NCBI GenBank assembly: GCA_030614785.1
Contig: JAUWTJ010000007.1
Span: 4,649 to 68,648 of the forward strand
DNA from: Alphaproteobacteria bacterium
Lineage (GTDB): Bacteria; Pseudomonadota; Alphaproteobacteria; M2410
DNA length: 64,000 bases
Reading direction: 5' to 3'
This document shows, in pieces, positions 56,867-64,000 of the stretch. The position numbers and the translations under genes were made by a program. How positions within the stretch are numbered: the first letter of the stretch is position 1; each line of letters opens with the position of its first letter. The notes under the pieces are model-generated. The model was not told the origin of the DNA and made no database searches. It saw nothing but the letters and a program-made list of their open reading frames with translations.

Positions 56867-57954
56867 GAGTTCTCACCCGATTTCAGAAGACGCCACACGC
56901 CCACGGTCATGAGCGGGATGAAGTATATGGCAAAAAAGCCCCAGGCCATGGTGCCATAGCCTTTGGCAATGAGATTGATGATACCGACCGAGGCGACGCC
57001 AAGCGCCAGCGCCATGAAGCCCATCGCCACGCCGGTGTGGCCCCATTTGCCGAGCGGCTTACGGCCAAAGTCACGAAGCTGGTGATCGATGCGCTCGTTG
57101 ACGCCTTGAAGAACCCCGGCGCCAGTCTCGATCAGGGTGCCGAAGAGCATGATGGTGAAGGCAATGGTGAGGAACCCCATGGAATACATGTTCATCATCG
57201 CATAGACCGGGATTTCCTCTTCCGTAACGCTATCTCCTGCACCGGCAAAGGCGACATGGAAGATCACCGCAGGCAGGATGGCGATCACCGCAGCAATGAT
57301 GCCGGCGCCAACCGAGTGCTTGCGGGTTTCAAAATCGCGCGCGACATAGAGCACGATGGGGGCGGCCGTCATATTGTACATGGCGTATTGAAAGCCGGAG
57401 ACCGCCCAGCCCTCTTTGACTTCACCTGTCGCAAAAGCCGCGGTGATGTCCTCGGGGATCGCGCCGAAGACCTTTATCAGAAAAGTGATGAAGACCGCAT
57501 AGAGCACGATGGACCAGAACGTCAGGACACGCATCACCACGTCGCGGCCGAAGAATTCAAGAGTGCCGACGAGACCGAACACCAGTGTCATGCCGATCCA
57601 GGCCGGCAGTCCGAAACCGTCCTCAAGCACGCCGGAGGCGGCCGAGATCAAGACCGCAAAGGTCAGCATCAGCATGAAGAAGCCGAAAATCTCGTAGAGG
57701 AACCAACCGCGCCCGAGAAGGATCTGAAAGAAGGCGCGATAGTCATAGGCCCTGAAACGCCTGCCGATCTCGAAGGTGAGCGACAGGACGAGGGCAAAGA
57801 TCGCGAATGATATGAGGATTGCAAGGAGACCGCCGACAGGACCGAGGCGTGTGAAGTACTGGATCACCTCCCGTCCCGTGCCATAGCCGCCGCCGACCAG
57901 GATCGACTGAAAGACGGCGCCTGGCACCAGATAGATCCGGATGAATTTGTTCAC
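56863..57954 (-). CDS. YkvI-family membrane protein
   Basis: VGGGYGTGRE..YF and TLIETG motifs; about ten TM helices. Confidence 0.8.
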   Translation of the reverse strand: MNKFIRIYLVPGAVFQSILVGGGYGTGREVIQYFTRLGPVGGLLAILISFAIFALVLSLTFEIGRRFRAYDYRAFFQILLGRGWFLYEIFGFFMLMLTFAVLISAASGVLEDGFGLPAWIGMTLVFGLVGTLEFFGRDVVMRVLTFWSIVLYAVFITFLIKVFGAIPEDITAAFATGEVKEGWAVSGFQYAMYNMTAAPIVLYVARDFETRKHSVGAGIIAAVIAILPAVIFHVAFAGAGDSVTEEEIPVYAMMNMYSMGFLTIAFTIMLFGTLIETGAGVLQGVNERIDHQLRDFGRKPLGKWGHTGVAMGFMALALGVASVGIINLIAKGYGTMAWGFFAIYFIPLMTVGVWRLLKSGENS

Positions 57955-58054
57955 GCCCCTGTTCCTTTCGGGCGCGGAACAACCGCCCGTCCCCCTGTTC
58001 TTTTAACGCTGGAGGCATCATGCCAGGCATTGCCGAGGATATCAACTCAACCCG

Positions 58055-58927
58055 CTAGAGAAAGCCCTTCAGCAGCCCGAGGAAGTGATCCAGCTGATCG
58101 TGGTGAACCCAGTGACCGGCCTTGTCGACACTCTCGACCTGGACGTCCTGGAAGACTGCGGCACGGCCATCTTCTTCAGGGTCCGAGGCCCAGCTTTCCT
58201 TGCCGCGCACCAGCATGGTCGGACAGGAGATCCGCGAGTGGATGTAACCGGTGTCTTCCATGCTCATTCCCGTCGCAGGAAAAGCGCGGATGTAGTTGTC
58301 GAATTTCCAGCTGTAGGTGCCATCCTCGTTCTGGTTGACGCCGTGAACTGTCAGATGGTGCGCCTGTTCCATTGTGAGGTGAGGATTGGCCTCTTTCATG
58401 CGGGAGGCTGCTTCCTCCACTGTCAGATAGCGCCTGACCTGGCGGCCGGAAAGCTTGCGCAATTGATCGACCCAGCCGCGCAATCCCTCGTCAATTTTTT
58501 GCGCGGTGCGTTCCTTCATCATCTTCGGTGAGGGCCCGAGCCCTTCGATGGCAACAAGCTTTGAAACCTTTTCCGGATAGAGCCCGGCATAGCGCAGCGA
58601 AATACCGCCGCCCATGGAATGAGAAACAATCCGCAGCGGCGCAAGCTTCAGCTGATGAATGAGCTGGGCAATGTCATAGACATAATCGGCTGTCGTATAG
58701 GTCCCGCCGGTGATCCATTGGCTGTCACCGTGGCCACGCAGGTCGGGCGCGATGATGTGATAGTCCTTGCGCAGGGATTGAGCCACCCAGTCCCAGTTGC
58801 GGCAATGATCGCGCCCGCCGTGGACCAACAGGAGCGGCGGCGCATCAGGATTGCCCCAGTCGACATAGTGGAGGCGGAGGCGCTGCGAAAAATAGATGTG
58901 GGAGGTGGGGCCGGGAAAGGCTTCCAT
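58055..58927 (-). CDS. Alpha/beta-fold hydrolase
   Basis: LVHGG, DLRGHGDS, SHSMGG and AGHWVHHD motifs. Confidence 0.9.
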   Translation of the reverse strand: MEAFPGPTSHIYFSQRLRLHYVDWGNPDAPPLLLVHGGRDHCRNWDWVAQSLRKDYHIIAPDLRGHGDSQWITGGTYTTADYVYDIAQLIHQLKLAPLRIVSHSMGGGISLRYAGLYPEKVSKLVAIEGLGPSPKMMKERTAQKIDEGLRGWVDQLRKLSGRQVRRYLTVEEAASRMKEANPHLTMEQAHHLTVHGVNQNEDGTYSWKFDNYIRAFPATGMSMEDTGYIHSRISCPTMLVRGKESWASDPEEDGRAAVFQDVQVESVDKAGHWVHHDQLDHFLGLLKGFL

Positions 58928-58961
58928 GGAGGACTCCGATTTGAACAGGGGGCAACAAAAA

Positions 58962-59291
58962 TCAGTGAGCGTGCTCGGACCTTAAACTGTAGAACGAGCC
59001 TTCCAGTTCAGCAAACATATCGTGGATCTGGGGATGGTCGACCGGCTCGCCCGAATCATCATGAACCAGGTTTTGCTCCGAGACATAGGCGATGTAGGAG
59101 TTCTCCTCGTTTTCCGCGAGCAGGTGATAATAGGGCTGATCCTTGCGCGGGCGTACCTTGGCCGGGATCGACTGCCACCATTCCTCGGTGTTATCAAATG
59201 TCGGATCGACGTCGAAGATCACGCCGCGGAACGGAAAGAACTTGTGGCGCACGACTTCGCCAATTCGAAACTTGGCATCACGGTGGAGCAC
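58962..59291 (-). CDS. hspQ: Heat-shock protein HspQ (YccV-like)
   Basis: AKFRIGEVVRH, RGVIFDVDP, QPYYHLLAEN and AYVSEQNL motifs. Confidence 0.92.
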   Translation of the reverse strand: MLHRDAKFRIGEVVRHKFFPFRGVIFDVDPTFDNTEEWWQSIPAKVRPRKDQPYYHLLAENEENSYIAYVSEQNLVHDDSGEPVDHPQIHDMFAELEGSFYSLRSEHAH

Positions 59292-59625
59292 TGGCCTGGA
59301 ACCTCTTGGCTTAATCTACTGAACACAACACTCGGTCGGGGAATCAAAACGCCCTGGACCAGTAACTCTCTAAATTATAGGCCGACTCCGGGGCAAAACA
59401 ACACAATTGCTCGTGAGATGCCGCAAAACCTCCATTAACCGGATGTGACCATCAGTTTTTAACCACGGTCTGCGACAAATTGACCAAAATCGATGAATTT
59501 CAGGAACCAGCGCTTTATTGAAGGCGGAAAATGACGCTAGTGTCACCTTCATTGGATGCGATCCAATGAAGGTGATTAAAGAAGTCCGGCTTTTCCGGGC
59601 CCCTGCCCGAGGCCAATTGCGTATT

Positions 59626-59949
59626 ATGCCCAAAGTTACCTATATCGAATGCGGCACTGAAAAAGAGCACACCGTCGAGATCGCCACTGGCATGTCGATC
59701 ATGGAGGGGGCGCTCAAATATGCTGTGCCCGGCCTTGAAGGCGACTGCGGCGGCGCCTGTGCCTGTGCGACCTGCCATGTTTATGTCGATGAAGCCTGGG
59801 TGGAAAAGACAGGCCCGCGCGACGAGCTGGAAGCCGACATGCTCGACTTCGCCTTCGACGTCACGGATCAGAGCCGCCTCGGATGCCAGATCAAAATGAC
59901 TGACGACCTCGATGGTCTCATTATCAGGATGCCCGCCAGACAATACTAG
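59626..59949 (+). CDS. [2Fe-2S] ferredoxin, adrenodoxin/putidaredoxin type
   Basis: CGGACACATCHV and SRLGCQI motifs. Confidence 0.93.
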   Translation: MPKVTYIECGTEKEHTVEIATGMSIMEGALKYAVPGLEGDCGGACACATCHVYVDEAWVEKTGPRDELEADMLDFAFDVTDQSRLGCQIKMTDDLDGLIIRMPARQY

Positions 59950-60080
59950 GCCGACAATATCCGGGGCCAGTATCAAAGTTCAGCCACCCGAGCAAAAGAA
60001 ACAGAGCCCTGCATGCGAACGATTCGCATACGTCCCTTTCATGCGACGCCTTGTCACAGCCTTTTTCAATGATTCAAAAG

Positions 60081-60094
60081 TGACACCTGTGTCA
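60081..60094. promoter_or_regulatory. Palindromic operator candidate TGACAC-CT-GTGTCA
   Basis: Perfect 6-bp inverted repeat upstream of the diiron gene; partial second copy TGACAATTGTGTTG at 60151. Confidence 0.5.
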
Positions 60095-60216
60095 TCTTTT
60101 ATTATTATCCCAGTGTAAAACTTACAGAAACGATTGCCGGGGCAGGCCCCTGACAATTGTGTTGGAGATTTGTGCGAAACGTCAAGCGGCGCTTTGCGGG
60201 TCCATTGAGGAGGAAA

Positions 60217-61326
60217 ATGAACATGAGTGACGTAACACCGATCGTAGACACGAAGGCAATCGTTGAGGATATTTACAAGAGCACCATGGATGTTGCCTGG
60301 CGGTTCGACTACGAGATGACCAATCAGAAAGTCGAGGACCTCTACAATCGCGCCAAGCAAAACCAGTGGGATGCGATGGAAATCCTTGACTGGGACTATG
60401 AAGTTGACCCCTCAAAGCCACTGATCGGCGGCGCCGACAGCGTTTACTCGGAAATGAGTTTTTTCAAGAAGCTTTCGAAAAGCCAGCAGGAAAAGTTCAC
60501 CGCCCATACAACAGCCCAGCTTCTGTCACAGTTTCTGCACGGCGAACAGGGCGCGCTGATGACGGCAGCGGTCGTTACACATTCGGTGCCTGATTCAGGC
60601 GCGAAGCTTTATGCCGCGACCCAGACTATCGACGAAGCTCGGCACGTGGAAGTCTATGCGAAGTATTGCAAGAAGATCGCGATGACCTATCCCATGTCAC
60701 CATGGCTCAAGGCGCTCATCGATATCACGCTGCAATCAGACAAATATCAAAAGGTTATGATCGGCATGAACATGGTTGTTGAAGGCCTCGCGCTTGGCGC
60801 CTTTAATAATATGTATCGGACCACGTCGTGCCCTCTCCTCAAGGGTATTACCTTCAATGTCATGCGCGACGAAAGTCGGCACGTCTCCTTTGGTCATGCG
60901 TTCCTCGGGCCGGTTTTCAAGACCATGCATCAGGATGATATCGAGGAATGTGCCGAGTTTACCTTTACGGCGATCCAGCATCTTCTGACGGCAACAGCAG
61001 GCGGCACCGGCGCAAGCGATACGGACCCGGGCTTCATGATGGTTCTTGAGAACTGTGAGATTGATCCGAAGGATTTCTTTGCATCCGTGAAGGAAGCTGC
61101 CGATGCGGGCTCCATTAATGATGCACCGCCTCCGGGACAAATCCACTCGGTCAAGGACCTGATGCTGCCGGCGATCGCACGGGTCGGTCTCATCACCTAC
61201 GCGATCCGTCCTAAATATGAAGCGGCCGGTATTCCGATCTGGGAAGACACAACGGTTCTTAACGCCATGGAAGACGGCAAGTCCGATGAAGCCGTGCTCA
61301 GGGAAGTGATCGCAGCGGCGGAATAG
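60217..61326 (+). CDS. Ferritin-like diiron enzyme (AurF-like superfamily)
   Basis: QFLHGEQGA, DEARHVE, VVEGLA and DESRHV give the E/ExxH x2 diiron ligands; GAGGAGG RBS. Confidence 0.85.
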   Translation: MNMSDVTPIVDTKAIVEDIYKSTMDVAWRFDYEMTNQKVEDLYNRAKQNQWDAMEILDWDYEVDPSKPLIGGADSVYSEMSFFKKLSKSQQEKFTAHTTAQLLSQFLHGEQGALMTAAVVTHSVPDSGAKLYAATQTIDEARHVEVYAKYCKKIAMTYPMSPWLKALIDITLQSDKYQKVMIGMNMVVEGLALGAFNNMYRTTSCPLLKGITFNVMRDESRHVSFGHAFLGPVFKTMHQDDIEECAEFTFTAIQHLLTATAGGTGASDTDPGFMMVLENCEIDPKDFFASVKEAADAGSINDAPPPGQIHSVKDLMLPAIARVGLITYAIRPKYEAAGIPIWEDTTVLNAMEDGKSDEAVLREVIAAAE

Positions 61327-61373
61327 TCCGCAGTTGGAAAGTAAAAGACTAACGGACCGGCCGACACTGTCAT

Positions 61374-62570
61374 ATGATGTCGGCCGGTCTTGATTTGAGT
61401 GAGGAGAACCAGCGGGTGACTGAAAGAGAGCTTTCGTTTTCGGAGTTCGTGCTAGAGGGCTTGCCCGAGGCTATCGTGGTCGTGCTGGAGGATGGCAAGA
61501 TCGTCCACGTTAATCCGGCGGCGACACGCCTTCTGGGCTACACGCTCGGTGATGTTGATGGCAAGGATATCACGCTTATCGTGCCGCTGCGCGATGACCG
61601 GCGCGTCGATCCGCTGAAATGGTTTGAGCGCTGGGCCGCCGATCCGTCCGACACCGAGCCGAGGTTTCTGGATCTCCTTGCCGAGACGAAAGCAGGCGAG
61701 GACCTGGCGATCAGCGTTCGCGTCAGAAAAGCCGGATTTGACGGCGCAAATCACTTCCTCATTACCTTCCGCGATGTCTCCGCCCAACGCTCCAGAGAAG
61801 CCGAACAAAGAAATGCCAGCCTGCGGGCAACACGCATTTTGCAAATCGCCGAAGATGCCATCATCTCGATCAATGAAGATCAGGAAATTATCTTTGCCAA
61901 TGTGAAAGCCGAGGAGGTCTTTGGCTATTCATCCGGTGAGCTTGTCGGCCAGCCTGTGGAAATGCTTCTGCCCGAGGGAGCGCGAAAGACTCACGAGGCC
62001 AAGGTCAAGGGTTTTGGCCGCTCAACGATGCCGTCAAAGCCGATGTCCGGACGCGGCGAGATCGAGGGCCTGCGTAAATCAGGCGAAACCTTCCCGCTTG
62101 AAGCCTCGATTACCAATGTCTCCGTTGGCGGAACGTCAACCTATACGGCTCATTTGAGAGATGTCACCGCGCGCAAGGCAGCGACCCGTGCGCTGGCGAC
62201 AAGCGAGCTTCGGGCCCGCGCCGTTTTTGACAACGCGTTTCAGGCGATGGCGCTGCTCGACGCGGACGGCAAGGTGCTTGAGATCAATCCAGCAGGGGTC
62301 GCACTGACCACCGGCGGCGATGTCCGGGGCACGGCGCTGCAGGACCTGCCATGGGTTTTTCAGAATGATGAAACCCGCGTTGCAGACCAGGCGCAGCTTC
62401 ACGAAGCTGTGCTGGCGGGCACAAAGGGTCAAACCACGCACTTTGTCGGCGAGTTGATCAACGCCGACGGCTCGACCTCACAAATCGACTTCAACCTCAT
62501 CCCCATCCCGGATGACAAGGGACAAGTGATCTATATGCTCGCCGAGGGGCGCAGCATCACGGCGCGCTAA
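61374..62570 (+). CDS. Stand-alone triple-PAS protein
   Basis: Three PAS/PAC repeats (NPAATRLLGY, NVKAEEVFGY, EINPAG); the protein ends without a kinase, GGDEF or HTH domain. Confidence 0.82.
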   Translation: MMSAGLDLSEENQRVTERELSFSEFVLEGLPEAIVVVLEDGKIVHVNPAATRLLGYTLGDVDGKDITLIVPLRDDRRVDPLKWFERWAADPSDTEPRFLDLLAETKAGEDLAISVRVRKAGFDGANHFLITFRDVSAQRSREAEQRNASLRATRILQIAEDAIISINEDQEIIFANVKAEEVFGYSSGELVGQPVEMLLPEGARKTHEAKVKGFGRSTMPSKPMSGRGEIEGLRKSGETFPLEASITNVSVGGTSTYTAHLRDVTARKAATRALATSELRARAVFDNAFQAMALLDADGKVLEINPAGVALTTGGDVRGTALQDLPWVFQNDETRVADQAQLHEAVLAGTKGQTTHFVGELINADGSTSQIDFNLIPIPDDKGQVIYMLAEGRSITAR

Positions 62571-63001
62571 GCCCGGATCGACAGGACAGGACATTTTGCA
62601 TGTCGCAACACGTTCTCCGTCGTGCTTCCGATGATAATGTGGGCGAGACCGCTGTGGCCGTGCGTCGCCATAACGATCATCTCGGCACTGATTTCAGCAG
62701 CGTAGGAGACGATCTCGTCAGCGGGGCGACCGGACAAGACTATCCTTTGTACTGGCTGCGCCAGGCCCGTCAGATATTCCCTGGTAAAATCATCAAGCCG
62801 CTTTTCGGCTTCGCCGCGCAGGTCTTCCATGGTCGGGTAAACTGCTCCCACGGTGGGCTGCAGAATGACAGGACTGTGCACGCAAGTCACACAATGAACC
62901 GTTGCACCAAGGGTGTCCGCCATGCGTTTTACCCAATCAAGCGCGGCCCTTGAGGCCTCGGAAAAATCTGTCGGGAAAACAAGCGATTTTGTGTCGGCCA
63001 T
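62567..63001 (-). CDS. Universal stress protein
   Basis: PTDFS and IVMATHGHSG..IGSTTENVLRHAKCPVL motifs. Confidence 0.92.
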   Translation of the reverse strand: MADTKSLVFPTDFSEASRAALDWVKRMADTLGATVHCVTCVHSPVILQPTVGAVYPTMEDLRGEAEKRLDDFTREYLTGLAQPVQRIVLSGRPADEIVSYAAEISAEMIVMATHGHSGLAHIIIGSTTENVLRHAKCPVLSIRA

Positions 63002-63269
63002 GGTCTTTCTCCTTTTCGAGCTCCTTTTCGGGCGAGCCGCGAGAACAGCTCTCACCTGCTCCAAAGATAGGACTTGCGAGTCGCTTTCACCAGACCCTGA
63101 GTGAATTTGTCTCACCGAAATCGATCATATTGACCACCTGCTCCGAACTGTCGCACCCCGGCCTGGTGTTCTTCGATTGCCCACGTTCCGGCAATGCATC
63201 AGACTGCACCATGTTTAATCTGTCGGCTGATATTTTAACTGGAATAAATGTAATCTGAAGGAGTCATTC

Positions 63270-64000
63270 ATGGGCAAGGTAGACGGCGGTGAATTGTTGG
63301 CACGGACACTCGAACGGGCCGGTGTAACGGAAGTCTTCGGGCTTCAGGGTGGGCATCTTGATGCCTTTCTGATGGCTTGCGACGGCCACGGCATTCGGCT
63401 CACCGATACGCGGCACGAGGCGGCGGCAGGACATGCGGCCGATGGCTACGCCCGGATCACCGGAAACATCGGGGTTGCTGTGATGACGGCAGGGTCCGGT
63501 TTTGCCAATGGTTACCCTGCTATCGTCAACGCCCATCTTGATGCTGTCCCAACACTCTTTCTTGTTGGCGCCGCGCCCTTGCGTGAAGAAGAGACCTATC
63601 CCCTGCAAGGCGGGCTCGATCAGATCGCCATGGCCACGCCGTGCACCAAGTGGGCCTACCGGATTACTCATACGGAGCGCATTCCGGAGTTTATTGAACT
63701 TGCCATCCGCAAGGCGACCACCGGCAAGCCCGGACCGGTGCTAATCGAAATCCCGATCGACATTCTCTTCGGCAATGTCGATGAGACCGAGGTCCGCGAC
63801 GCGAAAAACTTCTATATCGACTCAGCGCCTGCACCCTCTCCTGATGCTGTGGCGAAGGTCGCTGCCTTGTGTGAACAGGCGGAGCGCCCTGTTATTATGG
63901 TGGGCGCCGGTGCGACATTCTCAAAGTGTGAAAATGAACTCATCGCCTTTGCCGAGCTGACGGATATTCCTGTCTTGCGCAACAACAAGGCCTTTGGCCT
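63270..64000 (+). CDS. Thiamine diphosphate-dependent enzyme, benzaldehyde lyase/ALS-like (3'-truncated by window edge)
   Basis: Translated by hand: MGKVDGGELLARTL..VFGLQGGHLD..DTRHEAAAGHAADGYAR..TAGSGFAN..GKPGPVLIEIPIDIL; AAGGAG RBS. Missing from the ORF track because there is no stop codon in the window. Confidence 0.9.
   Translation, partial: MGKVDGGELLARTLERAGVTEVFGLQGGHLDAFLMACDGHGIRLTDTRHEAAAGHAADGYARITGNIGVAVMTAGSGFANGYPAIVNAHLDAVPTLFLVGAAPLREEETYPLQGGLDQIAMATPCTKWAYRITHTERIPEFIELAIRKATTGKPGPVLIEIPIDILFGNVDETEVRDAKNFYIDSAPAPSPDAVAKVAALCEQAERPVIMVGAGATFSKCENELIAFAELTDIPVLRNNKAFG

Noticed and set aside
59480-59493. FNR/FixK box TTGAC-CAAA-ATCGA
   Set aside because: Two mismatches from TTGAT-N4-ATCAA and no supporting evidence.
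60217-61326. Class I RNR beta subunit partnering the RNR gene
   Set aside because: The RNR is class II and needs no R2; the protein lacks recognisable NrdB motifs and lies 50 kb away.

Overview
A GC-rich (about 60%) alphaproteobacterial chromosomal segment, mostly housekeeping genes. In order: the 3' part of a CusA/CzcA RND pump; a zitP-like zinc-finger gene divergent from ftsE-ftsX-ydcF-plsC; a class II (B12) ribonucleotide reductase nrdJ carrying a 382-aa LAGLIDADG intein at its catalytic Cys, preceded by DnaA boxes and an alpha-type LexA box and followed by ycaQ and an AT-rich ORFan; DUF2125; tyrA-hisC-chorismate mutase divergent from metX-metW; a 192-bp MITE; a trypsin-like protease; methyltransferase and gloB; phbB-phbA and phaR; a GGDEF-EAL protein; ggt; a pair of DUF1028 (Ntn-hydrolase-like) paralogs plus a degenerate FGGY kinase; a lipid A-modification cluster (GT2 plus two ArnT-PAP2 pairs); a TyrR/GcsR-type activator with three TyrR boxes and a sigma-54 promoter driving methionine gamma-lyase; an RTX/cadherin-like protein with a two-ABC type I secretion system; MFS; pcaF; GST; YkvI; hydrolase; hspQ; ferredoxin, a ferritin-like diiron enzyme and a PAS-only protein; USP; and a truncated benzaldehyde-lyase-like ThDP enzyme. 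No rRNA, tRNA, CRISPR array or transposase was recognised. The most unusual items are the active/dead DUF1028 pair with a pseudokinase, the asymmetric T1SS ABC pair, a dispersed family of 12-bp tandem repeats at gene 3' ends, the intein-bearing nrdJ operon and the MITE. All family calls come from motif recognition by eye, not from database searches.
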